DNA from: Squalus acanthias
Taxonomy: Eukaryota
Assembly: GCA_030390025.1 (NCBI GenBank)
Contig: JASTWF010000034.1
Span: 992,001 to 1,056,000, forward strand
DNA length: 64,000 nucleotides
Reading direction: 5' to 3'
Every line of letters starts with the position of its first letter. The stretch's first letter is position 1. A model generated the notes under the pieces. The model saw nothing but the letters and a program-made list of their open reading frames with translations. It made no database searches and was not told the DNA's origin. The position numbers and the translations under genes were made by a program. Of this stretch, positions 47,445-60,468 are shown one piece after another.

Positions 47445-50125
47445 CACATCAAACACACCCAGGGCAAGTACAGCACGGGTTAGATACAGAGTAAAGCTGC
47501 CTCTAATCTGTCCCATCAAACACTCACATGTCAGGTACAGCACGGGTTAGATATAGAGTAAAGCTCCCTCTACACTGTCCCATCAAACACTCGCAGGGCA
47601 GGTACAGCACGGGTTAGATACAGGGTAAAGCTCCCTCTACACTGTCCCATCAAACACTCCCAGGACAAGTACAGCACGGGTTAGATACAGAGTAAAGCTC
47701 CCTCTACACTGTCGCATCAAACACTCCCAGGGCAGGTACAGCACGGGTTAGATACAGAGTAAAGCTCCCTCTACACTGTCCCATCAAACACTCCCAGGGT
47801 AGGTACACCACGGGTTAGATACAGAGTAAAGCTCCCTCTACACTGTCCCATCAAACACTCCCAGGGCAAGTACAGCACGTGTTAGATACAGAGTAAAGCT
47901 CCCCCTACACTGTCCCATCAAACACTCGCAGGGCAGGTACAGCACGGGTTAGATACAGAGTAAAGCTCCCTCTACCCTGTCCCATCAAAGACTCCCAGGG
48001 CAAGTACAGTACGGGTTAGATACAGAGTAAAGCTCCCTCGACACTGTCCCATGAAACACTCCCAGGGCAGGTACAGCACGGGGTAGATGCAGTGGAAATC
48101 TTGCATTTTACTGACCCATCAAACACTCACAGGGCAGGGGCAGCAAGGGTTAGATACAGAGTAAAGCTCCCTCTACACTGTCCCATCAAACACTCCCAGG
48201 GCAGGTACAGTACGGGTTAGATACAGAGTAAAGCTCCCTCTATAGTGCCCCCAAAAACACCATCAGGGCAGGTACAGTACGGGTTAAATACAGAGTAAAG
48301 CTCCCTCTACACTGTCCCATGAAACACTCCCAGGGCAGGTACAGCACGGGGTAGATACAGAGGAAATCTTGCATTTTACTGACCCATCAAACACTCACAG
48401 GGCAGGTGCAGCAAGGGTTAGATACAGAGTAAAGCTCCCTCCACACTGTCCCATCAAACACTTCCAGGGCAGGTACAGTACGGGTTAGATACAGAGTAAA
48501 GCTCCCTCTATAGTGCCCCATCAAACACTCCCAGGGCAGGTACAGTACGGGTTAGATACAGAGTAAAGCTTCCTCTATCCTGCCCCAGCAAACACTCCCT
48601 GGGCTTGTACGGCACGGGTTAGATACAGAGTAAAGCTCCCTCGACACTGTCCCACCAAACACTCCCATGGCATGTACAGAACGGGTTAGATACAGAGTAA
48701 ATCTCCCTCTACACAGTCCCATCAAACACTCCCAGGACAAGTACAGCACGGGTTAGATACAGAGTAAAGCTCCCTCTACACTGTCGCATCAAACACTCCC
48801 AGGGCAGGTACAGCACGGGTTAGATACAGAGTAAAGCTCCCTCTACACTGTCCCATTAAACACTCCCAGGGTAGGTACACCACGGGTTAGATACAGAGTA
48901 AAGCTCCCTCTACACTGTCCCATCAAACACTCCCAGGGCAAGTACAGCACGTGTTAGATACAGAGTAAAGCTCCCCCTACACTGTCCCATCAAACACTCG
49001 CAGGGCAGGTACAGCACGGGTTAGATACAGAGTAAAGCTCCCTCTACCCTGTCCCATCAAAGACTCCCAGGGCAAGTACAGTACGGGTTAGATACAGAGT
49101 AAAGCTCCCTCGACACTGTCCCATGAAACACTCCCAGGGCAGGTACAGCACGGGGTAGATGCAGTGGAAATCTTGCATTTTACTGACCCATCAAACACTC
49201 ACAGGGCAGGTGCAGCAAGGGTTAGATACAGAGTAAAGCTCTCTCTACACTGTCCCATCAAACACTCCCAGGGCAGGTACAGTACGGGTTAGATACAGAG
49301 TAAAGCTCCCTCTATAGTGCCCCCAAAAACACCATCAGGGCAGGTACAGTACGGGTTAAATACAGAGTAAAGCTCCCTCTACACTGTCCCATGAAACACT
49401 CCCAGGGCAGGTACAGCACGGGGTAGATACAGAGGAAATCTTGCATTTTACTGACCCATCAAACACTCACAGGGCAGGTGCAGCAAGGGTTAGATACAGA
49501 GTAAAGCTCCCTCCACACTGTCCCATCAAACACTTCCAGGGCAGGTACAGTACGGGTTAGATACAGAGTAAAGCTCCTCTATAGTGCCCCATCAAACACT
49601 CCCAGGGCAGGTACAGTACGGGTTAGATACAGAGTAAAGCTTCCTCTATCCTGCCCCAGCAAACACTCCCTGGGCTTGTACGGCACGGGTTAGATACAGA
49701 GTAAAGCTCCCTCGACACTGTCCCACCAAACACTCCCATGGCATGTACAGAACGGGTTAGATACAGAGTAAATCTCCCTCTACACAGTCCCATCAAACAC
49801 TCCCAGGGCAGGTACAGCACGGGTTAGATGCAGAGTAAAGCTCCCTCTACACTGTCCCATAAAAAACTCCCAGGGTAGGTACAGCATGGGTTAGATACAG
49901 AGTAAAGCTCCCGCTGCACTGTCCGATGAAACACTCCCAGGGCAGGTACTGTACGGGTTAGCTACAGAGTAAAGCTCCCTCTACACTGTCCCATCAAACA
50001 CTCCCAGTGCAGGTACAGTACGGGTTAGATTCAGAGTTAAGTTCCCTCTAAACTGTCCCATGAAACACTCCCAGGGCAGGTACAGCACGGTTTAGATACA
50101 GAATAAATCTTGCTCTAATTTGGTT
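47445..50125 (-). repeat. 67-bp satellite in inverted orientation with a 1071-bp higher-order duplication
   Basis: Reverse complement of the unit at 1-3375; identical ORFs at 48552 and 49623. Confidence 0.95.
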
Positions 50126-50362
50126 CATCAAGCACAACCAACTCTGATAGATCATGTGTTCAATGTAGCATACAGCCCAATGAAGCACAACCAGGTCAGG
50201 TACACCATGGGGTGATTAAAGATCCATCTACATGTAAGTGCCAAACACTCCAAGTGAAGGGCAAGGTTTATCTCCGAGTTAAGCTCCGCTCAACTTGTCC
50301 CATCAAAGGCCGAGCCTGACGGCAGATGTTGAACAGCTCCCAGTATCGTATTAGACTCTCAC

Positions 50363-50548
50363 CTCGGCAAAATCCTGGATGATGGGATTCTCAGTAAAGT
50401 TCCTCTCCTTTCCACTCATTGTTGAAGCTTCCCGTTTTATCCCGTCTCCGACACTGGGGGTCTTGGCCCCGCCGAATCTGCTCTGTGAACCCAAGGACAT
50501 TTCTCCAGTCCCTCTCCAGCTTCCTGAGATATTGCTCACTCCCAGAGA
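50363..50548 (-). other. Candidate isolated exon, 186 nt, open in phase 0-0, product unrecognised
   Basis: TTTTCTATTGACAG acceptor and GAG|GTGAGA donor; SLGVSNISGSW...ENPIIQDFAE; non-repetitive island. Confidence 0.45.
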
Positions 50549-50584
50549 CTGTCAATAGAAAAATGTTTCATATTAATCCCAGAG

Positions 50585-53500
50585 TCTCTAAATCTCCCCT
50601 CAAAACTTTGCTCCAAGGAAACCCGTTTCTCTAATCTCTGCACGTAACTGAAGTCCCTCATCCCTGGTGCCATTCCAGTAAATATCCTCTACACCCTCTC
50701 CAAGGCCTTGCCATCCTTCCTAAAGTGGTGCCGAGAATTGGACACAATACTCCAGCTGTGGCCTGACCAGTGATTTATAAACTTTTAGCATAACTTCCTT
50801 GCTTTTGTAATCTGCCTCTATATATAACGCTAAGGATCCCGTATATCTTTTTAACAGTTTTCTCAACCTGTCTTGCCACCTTCAAACACTTGTGGCCATA
50901 CACTCCCAGGTCTCTCTGTTACTGCGCCCTCTTCAAAATTATAACATTTAGTTTATATTGCCTCTCCTCATTCATCCGACCAAAATGAATCACATTACGT
51001 GTCTCTCTGGTAAATTTCATCTGGCCTGTGTCTGCCCATTTCACCAGTCTGCCTTTGTCCTCCTGAAGTCTGTTACTACTCTCCTCACTATTTATTACAT
51101 TTCCAAATATCGTATCATCTGCAAACTCTGAAATGATGCCTGTACACCTATGTCTAGTTCATTAATATATATCAAAAAGAGCAGTGGTCCCGACACCGAC
51201 CCCTGGGGGGCACCACTGCACACTTCCCTCCAGTCTGAAAAACAAGCGTTCACTGCTACTCTCTGCTTTCTGTCCTTCGCCAATGTTGCATCCACGCAGC
51301 CGCTGCCCCTTTAACACCATCGGCTTTTGCTAACAAGACTATTGTGTGGTGCGTTATCAAACGCCTTTTGAAAGTCCATATACACAACATCGACGTCACT
51401 ACCTTCACCCACCCTCTTCGTTACTTCATCAAAGAACTCAATTAAGTTAGTCAAGCATGATTTGCCATTAACAAATCAGTGCTGGCTTTCATAGAGTCAT
51501 AATGTCAAAGAAGGAGGCCATTCGGCCCATCGAGTCTGTGCCGGCTCTCTGTCAAGCTATCCAGTCAGTCCCATTCACCCACTCTATCCCCGTAGCCCTG
51601 CAAGTTTATTTCCCTCAAGTGCCTATCAAGTCTCCCCTTGAAAATATTGAGTGTCTCCGCTTCCACCACTTCCGTTGGCAGTGAGTTCCAGGTTCTCACC
51701 ACTCGCTGCATAAAAAAGTTTTTCCTCACTTACCCCCTGTATCTCTTGCCCAAAACGTTAAAGCTGTGTCCCCTCGTCCTTGTACCATCAATTAGTGAGA
51801 ACAGCCTTTCCCCGTCTAGCCTATCCAAATCCGTCATAATCTTGTACACCTCTATCAAATCACCCCTCAACCTCCTTTGCTCTAATGAAAACAAATCCAG
51901 CTTCTCCAACCTGTCCTTGTAGTTAAGATCCCCCATCCCCGGAACCATTCTGGTAAATCTCCTCTGCACCCTCTCAAGTGCCTTCACATTCTTCCTAAAA
52001 TGTGGTGACCAGAACTGGACACAATCTCCAATTGGGGCCTAACAAGCGCTTTATAAAGGTTCAGCATAACTTCTCTACTTTTGTACTCAATACCTCTATT
52101 ATGAAGCCCATGATCCCATATGTTTTGCTAACCACTATCTCAATACTTCCCGCCACCTTCAGGGACCTATGCACATTAACTCCCAGGTCCCTCTGTCCCT
52201 GCACACTCTTTAAAACGGTGCTATTAAATGTATATTGCCTCTCCCTGTTCCTTCTGCTAAAATGCATCACATCACACTTCTTTGTATTAAATTCCATCTG
52301 CCACTTGTCTTTCATTTATTAACTCATATTTGTCGAAGTGCCAAATCATTTTGTCCCGGATTAACGTCTCAGATTTTACCACCGACGTTAGGCTGACTGG
52401 CCTGTAGTTGCCGGATTTACCCTGTCCTGTTTATTGAACAGGGATGTAACATGTACAATCCTCCAGTCCTCTGGCACCACTCCCATACCCAAGGAGGATT
52501 GGAAGATTGTGGCCAGAGCCTCCGCCATTTCAACCCTAACTTCCCACAGCAACCTTTGGATGCAGCCCATCCGGACTGGGCGACTTTTCTACTTTGAGCG
52601 CGCCAACCTTTATAGTATCTCTGCTTTTTCTAATGTTATCCCATTCAATTTCTCCCCTATCTCGTTCTTCAGTGAACACAGATGCAAAGTATACATTTAG
52701 TACCTCAACCATGCCCTCTCTCTCCACAAGATCTCCTTTTTGGTCCCTAATTGGCCCCACCCTTCCTTTGACGAAGCTTTTACTATTTATATATTCAGGA
52801 AAGACTTTTGAATTACCTTTTATGTTACCCGCTAATCTATTCACTTTTCCCTCTCAGTTCCTTTTTCAGTTCTCGCCTGTACTTTTTGTATTCAGCTTTG
52901 TTCTCTACTGAACTATGAACATAGAACATAGAACATAGAACACAGTACAGGCCCTTCGGCCCTCGATGTTGTGCCGAGCATTGTCCAAAACCAAGATCAA
53001 GCTATCCCACTCTCTATCATTCTGGTGTGCTCCATGTGCTTATCCAATAACCGCTTGAAAGTTCCTAAAGTGTCCGACTCCACTATCACAGCAGGCAGTC
53101 CATTCCACACCCCAACCACTCTTTGAGTAAAGAATCTACCTCGGACATCCCTTCTTTATCTCCCCCCATGCACCTTATAGTTATGCCCCCTTGTAACAGC
53201 TACATCCACCCGAGGAAATAGTCTCTGAACATCCACTCTATCTATCCCCCTCATCATCTTATAAACCTCTATTAAGTCGCCTCTCATCCTCCTCCGCTCT
53301 AAAGAGAAAAGCCCTAGCTACTTCAATCTTTCCCCATAAGACCTCCCCCCCAAACCAGGCAGCATCCTGGTAAATCTCCTTTGCACACTTTCCAATGCTT
53401 CCACGTCCTTCCTATAGTGAGGTGACCAGAACTGCACACAATATTCCAAATGTGGTCTCACCAAGGTCCTGCACAGTTGTAGCATAACCTCACGGTTCTT

Positions 53501-56100
53501 AAACTCAAACCCCTTGTTAATAAACGCCAACACACCATAGGCCTTCTTTACTGCTCTATCCACTTGAGTGGCAACCTTCAGAGATCTGTGGATATGAACC
53601 CCCAGATCCCTCTGCTCCTCCACGTTCCTCAGAACCCTGCCGTTGACCCTGTAATCCTTATTCAAATTTGCCCTACCAAAATGAATCACCTCGCACTTAT
53701 CAGGGTTAAATTCCATCTGCCATTTTTTGGCCCAGCTCTGCATCCTATCAATGTCTCTTTGCAGCTTACAACAGCCCTCCACCTCATCCACTACTCCACC
53801 AATCTTGGCGTCATCAGAAAATTTACTGATCCACCCTTCAGTCCCCTCCTCCAAGTCATTGATAAAAATCACAAACAGGAACCTTACAATTCTCAGAAGC
53901 TCCTCTTTCTCCTTTATTTTAATCCATATCTTTACTTGTCCAGGGAGCTGCAGCTTTGATGCCCTTCCTTTACCCATCGTGAGAATGTGTCTGGTCTGTA
54001 CCCTAACTATCTCCTCTTTGAAGGCCTCCCATTGATCATTTACTGTTTTACCTGGCAATCTTTGATTCCAATCCACCTGGCCCAGAACTCTTCACAACTC
54101 ACTGAAATTAGCCCCACTTCAGTTGATTTTCCCTTGTCCTTCTCCATTACTACTCTCAACCTCATGATATTTTGGTCACTGTTCCCCAAATGCTCCCCCA
54201 CTGAACATTCTCCGCTTGCCCCACTTAATTCCCCAGAACTAGATTCTGCTTCCTTCCTCGTTGGGCTGGAAACACACTGACCAAGAAAGTTCTCTTGTAC
54301 ACATCTCAGGAAACCTCTGCCTCCTTTCCCTTTACAGTGTTACTATCTCAGTCTATATTAGGATAATTGAAGTCACCCATTATCACTCTGCTAAAGTGCT
54401 TGCATATTCTTGCAATTTGCCTGAAAATGTGCTCCTCTATCTCCTTCCCAGTATTTGGTGACCTGTAGTATATACCCAGCAGCGTAATAGCTCCTCTATT
54501 GTTCCTTAATTCTAACCAAATAGATTCTGACTTTGAACCCTGAAGTACATCCTCCCTTTCTAGAGCTGTGATCAGTACTGCCACCCCTCCTTTTATTCCT
54601 CCCGTATCTTTCCGGAATATATTGCAGCCAGGAATATTAAGTCCCCAATCCTCCCCTTGTCTGAGCCATGTCTCCGTTATTGTCACTATATCAGAATCCC
54701 ATGTGACTACTTGTGCCTGCAGCTCAGCAGCCTTATTTACCTCACTCCGTGCATTTACTCAATACAAACCTATCTTAGTCTGCCTTCCATTTCCCGCCAA
54801 CTAATCCCTCCTATTTCTGAATTACTCTTTACTCTAGTGCTAGTTGTCTCTCCCAATTCTCTGTGCACCTTGTGTATCTCTCTAATGCTTCATCCTGGTG
54901 CCCATTTCCCTGCCAAATTAGTTTCAACCCACCCCCACAGCACTAGTTAACCGTGAGGACATTGGTCCCAACTCTGTTGAGGTGCAACCGTCCGCCGTGA
55001 ACAGGTCCCAGTGCCCCAGGCATCTGAAGGCCTCCTTCCTGCACAATATGTCCAGCCACATGTTAGCCTCTCTTATCTTTCTGCTCCTATACTCACTAGC
55101 ACATGGTAATCAGAGTAAGCCATAGATTAATTCCTTTGAGGTCCTGTTCTTTAACTTCATCCTAAGTTCCTGAAACTCTGCCTGAAGGACCTCAACCATT
55201 TTCCTACTTACCTTATTGGTTCCAACATGGAACACGGATTCTGGCTGTTGCCTTCCCCTCTCAAAATGTTCTGCAGCTATTCAGTGACGTCCTTCACCCT
55301 GGCAGCCGGGAACCAACACACCATGCGAGACTCACGTCAGCGATTGCTGAAACCCCTGTCTGTTCCCCTGACTGGTGAATTCCCGATGACCACCGTATTT
55401 CTACACTTAGCTCTGCCCCCGGTGCAGTCTTTTGACCCACTGTGGCATGCTTGTGATCCAGTCTGCCGTCCCCGAGGTGTCGTCACCCTCACTGGTATTC
55501 AGCACTGGAAATCGGTTTGAGTGCCACACTCCTGCAGGACACCTGCACTGCCTGCCTCTTCCTACCCTGCCAGCTGGCCACCCACTTACTAATCCTCCTG
55601 AACTTTCTGTAGCTGCGGGGTGACCAGCTCCTAGAACATGTGTTCCAGGAAATTCTCAGCCTCCCGTCTGCCCTGCAGTGACTCCAGCCGCTGCTCAAAC
55701 TCAGAAACCCTGATCTCGAGTTCGAGAAGCTGGAGGCACCTCCTGCACCCGTGGTTATCCAGGACAGATGAAGCGTCCTGGAGTTCCCACATGGCACAGG
55801 AATTGTAGGCTACGGGTTTGACCTGTCCCATCATTTTATTTCAAAGTCTTTTTGCTTATTGTATAGAAATATGTTTTCAGTTTAGTATCCCCTTACTCCC
55901 ATTGAATATTTAATCATTTATGTATAACAGATTTTTATTTAATGTAATTCAGGGCCCTTTTAATGTCCGTATCCTCTAATTAGTTAATTGCAATTATCCT
56001 CTTAGATCTAACTAAACACTCTAATTATTTAACAATTTACTGTTGCCCCTTTTTTAAATTACACAGCACCTCTTCCCCCTCTGCATCGAATTCCCACCTT
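50585..56100 (-). mobile_element. Old near-full-length CR1 (ORF1 remnant about 54915-55834, decayed ORF2) with nested CR1 insertions
   Basis: ORF1 N-terminus MMGQVKPV..SCAMWE..CRRCLQLLELE; endonuclease ITETW and GDFN; RT pieces; nested copies at about 51490-52318 and 52917-53878. Confidence 0.85.
52917..53878 (-). mobile_element. Younger 5'-truncated CR1 with (CTATGTT)n tail
   Basis: (AACATAG)n on plus strand; long open RT C-terminus; GAAC at both junctions. Confidence 0.88.
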
Positions 56101-56665
56101 CCATACTTCCTGTGTAAAAACATCTCCTCATCTCGCCTCTGGTTCTTTAGTCAATCACCTTACATCTGTGTTCTCTGGCCACTGACCCTTCTGCCACTGG
56201 AAACAGTTTCTCCTTATTTACTCTATCAAAACTGTTCTTGATTTTAAACACCTCCATCATATCTCCCCTTTACCTTCTCTGTTCTAAGGAGAAAAACCCC
56301 AGTTTCTCCACTAAGCTGAAGAGTTTCTTCCCTGGTGCCATACTGGTAAATCTCCTCTGCACCATCTCCAATGCCTGGACATCCTTCCTGAAGTGTGGTG
56401 CCCATAATTACCCACAATACTCCATCTGGGGCCTAACCAGTGTTTTATAGAGGTTCAGCATAACTTCCTTGACTTTTGTACTCTATGCCTCTATTTATAA
56501 AGCCAAAGATTCCGTATGGCTTTTTAAAAGACTTCTCAACTTGGGAGTGTTTGTTTTCAACAAGCACCCCCAGGTCTCCCTGTTCCTGCACCCCCTTTAA
56601 AATTGTACCTTTACTTTATATTGCCTTTCCTCGTTCTTCCTACCAAAACGAAACACATCACACTT
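56100..56665 (-). mobile_element. Decayed CR1 3' fragment
   Basis: Similarity to the ORF2 C-terminal region. Confidence 0.7.
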
Positions 56666-57119
56666 CAGGCGAATATGTTGAAACTATTGAGAGGCAAATG
56701 TCGGACTGATATGAGCAAGTTCTTTACTTGAAGAGTAATAAGTTCAATGGAATGGAATGGAATGAGTAGGGTTGTGGAGGCAAACATCCCAGAATTATTG
56801 GGGAAACGTAGATGCAGTGACTTGGGGGGAGGAATTGTCGGCTCTTGCTGGATGAATGAACTAAGATCAGTGGAGGTCTTTATTTCTATCAATCTGGTGT
56901 ATTATCTCCTGGGCCGCGGTTTCCATTATTGCCACAATGAACCAGGTACCACAAGTTGTGCAACATGACCTGGGAACAATGCTCCCCATGATTCCCTTTC
57001 AACTCCTCTCCAAACACGAAGCACCTGCTCTTCCCGGAGCCCTTATCAGCCTCTTCTCTGAAGAATGATGTTCTTTCTGGGGCTGTGCACATAATTCAAT
57101 AAAAACATTAGACTTTTAC

Positions 57120-57280
57120 CAGCGAGTCGCAAGTCTTCGCTTTCTCCTCCACTTTCCCGGCTTTCTTCATTCTGTTGAGCCTCTTCTTTTCGATAGCTCC
57201 TGTCTGATCGTAGAGGGGGTCCTTGTCACTGTCGTAGACATCCTCGGCCTCCCCGTGTTTAGACTTTCACTTCCGAGAAA
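57120..57280 (-). pseudogene. SLC4A1AP: Orphan kanadaptin-like exon with an in-frame stop
   Basis: SRK*KSKHGEAEDVYDSDKDPLYDQTGAIEKKRLNRMKKAGKVEEKAKTCDSL resembles the kanadaptin segment as I recall it (SRKRKAKNWEDEDFYDSDDDTFLDRTGLIEKKRLNRMKKAGK); intact TTTCTTACCAG acceptor and CTG|GTAAAA donor; TGA at 57269-57267. Confidence 0.82.
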
Positions 57281-57435
57281 CTGGTAAGAAAGCAAATTGT
57301 GATGCTGTTAGTCTTAGTTTTGGAGCACAAAAAAAAGACACAACTTTCTACTAATGCTGAAAGTTCCTCCCTCTTAATGGATATTACTAAAGTTCGTGTC
57401 ATTGTGAGTGTGGGATTGTGTGTATTGCTGCAGTG

Positions 57436-57932
57436 ATTTCAAATCACTTCCTGGCCTTGCCCCTCCCTGTCTTTGTAATCTCCTCCAGCCTCACATCCCT
57501 CCGAGATCGCTGCGCTCTTCGAATTCTGGCTTCTTGAGCAGCCCCGATTTTAATTGCTTCACCATTGTTGGCTGTGCCTTCAGCTGCCTGAGCCCCAAGC
57601 TCTGGAATTCCCTTCCTAAACCTCTCCGCCTCTCTACCTCTCTCTCCTCCTTTAAGTTGCTCCTTAAAACCTATCTCTTTGACCTAGCTTTTGGTACCGG
57701 CCCTAATACCTCTTATAGTTTCCCTCTATCTACTCTGTCTGGAACCATCATGATTTTGAATACCTCTATCAAATCTCCTCTCAATCGTCTCTGCTCCAAG
57801 GAGAACAACCCCAGCTTCTCCAGTCTGTCAACGTAACTGAAATCCCTCATTCCTGGAATCATTCTGGTAAATCTTTTCTGCACATTCTCTAAGGCCTTCA
57901 AAGCCTTCTTAAAGTGCGGTGCCCAGAATTTC
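57436..57932. mobile_element. L2 3' fragment (+, about 57436-57710) abutting a CR1 fragment (-, about 57712-57932)
   Basis: FKSLPGLAPP...PKLWNSLP on plus; KRFTRMIPGMRDFSY on minus. Confidence 0.75.
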
Positions 57933-59944
57933 TGTACATTGCCTGATTATCAGATGTATTTGCAACCCGACATCTGCCATACATGCTCTGTTTCTGCTTC
58001 AATATATTGGCTATCTGTTGCGTCATCCAGGGAGCTCTGACTTAGGAACATAAGAAATATGAGCAGCAATAGGCCACTTGGCCCCTCGAGCCTGCTCCGG
58101 CATTCAATAAGATCATGGCTGATCTAGGACTCAAAGCCACTTCCCAGCCCGCTCCCATTAACCCTTCACACCCTTATCTTGCAAAAACTTGTCTATCTCC
58201 ACTTTAAATGTATTTAATGACACAGCCTCCACAGCTCTCTGGGGCAGAGAATTCCACAGATTTACGACCCTCAGAGAAGAAATTCCTCCTCATCTCAGTT
58301 CTATAAGGGCGACCCTTTATTCTGAGACTGTGCCCCCGAGTTCTAGTTATCCCTATGAGGGGAAACATTCTCTCTGCGTCTACCCTGTCGAGCCCCCTCA
58401 GTATCTTATATATTTCGATAAGATCACCTCTCATTCTTCTAAATTGCAATGAGTATAGGCCCAGCCTGCTCAACCTTTCCTCATAAGTCAAACCCTCATC
58501 TCTAGAATTAACCTACTGAATCATCTCTGAACTGCCTCCAATGCAAGTATATCCTTCCTTAAATAAGGATACCAAAACTGCACGCAGTACTCAAGGTGTG
58601 GTCTCACCAATACCTTGTACAGTTGCAGCAGGAATTCCCTGCTTTTATACCCCAACCCCCTTGAAAGAAAGGCCAACATTCCATTTGCCTTTTTGATTAC
58701 TTGCTGTACCTGCATGCTAACTTTTTGTGTTTCATGCGTAAGGACCCCCAGGTCCCTCTAAATTGTAGAATGTTGTAATCTCTCACCATTTAAATAATAG
58801 AATGTTTTTTTATTTTTCCTGCCAAAGTGGATAACCTCGCACTTTCCCACATTATACTCCATCTGCCAAATGTTTACCCTCTCACCTAGCCTGTCTATAT
58901 CCCTTTGCAGATTCCTTGAGTCCTCTGCACAACTTGCTTTCCCACCCATCTTTGTATCATCCGCAAACTTGGCTATATTACACTCGTTCCCTTCAACCAA
59001 GTCATTAATGTAGATTGTAAATAGTTGAGGCCCCAGCACCGATCCTTGTGGCACCCCACTAGGTACAGTTTGTCAACCAGAAAATGACCCATTTATCCCG
59101 ACTCTCTGCTTTCTGTTAGTTAGCCAATTCTCTATCCATGCTGATATATTACCCCCAACTCGGTGAGCTCTTATCTTATGCAGTAACCTTTTATGTGGCA
59201 TCTTATTGAATGCCTTCTGGAAATCCAAATTCATCACATCTACTGGCTCCACTTGTCCACCCTGCTTGTTACATCCTGAAAGAACACCAGCCAATTTGTT
59301 AAACATTATTCCCTTTTCCTAAAACCATGCTGACTCTGTTTGACTGCAGTATGTTTTTCTAAATGCCCTACTACTGCTTCCTTAATGAAGGACTCCAGCA
59401 TTTTCCCAACGACAGATGTTAGGCTAACTGGTCTATAGAGACCTGCTTTCTGTCTCCCTCCTTTCTTAAATAGGGGTGTTACATCAGCGGTGTTACATTC
59501 CGCTGGGACCTCTCCAGATCCAGGGAATTTTGATATATTGCAACCAATGCATCCACTATCTCTGCAGCCACTTCATTTTAGATCCCTGAGATGCAGGCCA
59601 TCTGGTCCAGGGGACTTGTCGTCTTTTAGTCTCATTATTTTACCGATTACCATTTCCATAGTGATAGTGATTGTCTTTAGTTCCCCACTCCCTGTGGCCA
59701 CTTGATTATCCATTTTTGGGATGTTGTTCCTGTCTTCTACAATTAAGACAGATGCGAGATATTTGTTGAGTGTCTCTGACATTTCCCCGTTCCCCATTAT
59801 TAATTCCCATTCTCATCCTATAAGGGACCAACGTTTACTTTAGCTACCCTCTTCCTTTTTTATACCTGAAGAAGCTCTTACTATCTGTTTTAATGTTTCT
59901 TGCCAGATTACTCTCATAATTCATCTTCTCTCTCATTATTTTTT

Positions 59945-60468
59945 CATGATGTGGAGATGCCGGCGTTGGACTGGGGTGGACAAAAATGAGAAGTCGCACA
60001 ACACCAGGTTATAGTCCAACAGATTTATTTAAAATTACAAGCTTTCGGAGCTGTCGCCCCTTCCTCAGGTAGAGTAACTGTGAGAGAATCTATCAAAATA
60101 TAAACACAGAGAAAATGTATTCAAATCTTTCACCTACATCAAAGACACACTAAGAGCACAGCCAAGACAATGAGATGTGTCCCAGGGGGTCCAACGTGTC
60201 AAAACACCTGCTGGCTGCATATCCTCTCCAGTTGGGTTTGTTTCTTGTGCTTGTTTTTTTTAAAAAGCTGGAAAGACCGGCAACGATGTCAAGTCACGTT
60301 CTGTATCGTGACATGAACCCGATATCCCGATTGAGGCCATCCTCATGAGTGCGTAATTTGGCTATCAGTTTCTGCTCGATGATTTTGCGTTGTCGTGTAT
60401 CCCGAAAGCCGCCTTGGAGAACGCTAATCCGCAGATCCGAGGCTGAATGCCCCTGACTGCTGAAGTGT
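59945..60468 (-). mobile_element. Penelope-like element 3' fragment (GIY-YIG C-terminus plus pseudo-LTR)
   Basis: 60467-60300 translates HFSSQGHSASDLRISVLQGGFRDTRQRKIIEQKLIAKLRTHEDGLNRDIG, typical of the PLE GIY-YIG end (HF...E...GLN). Confidence 0.85.
60036..60071 (-). ncRNA. Minimal type I hammerhead ribozyme motif
   Basis: TAC-CTGAGGA-A-GGGGC-gaca-GCTCC-GAAA-GCT-T-GTA on the minus strand. Confidence 0.72.

Noticed and set aside
47445..50125. EBF-site array (CTCCCAGGGCA in each 67-bp unit) regulating the GPCR
   Set aside because: Imperfect match inside a dispersed satellite; nothing in the sequence links it to the gene.
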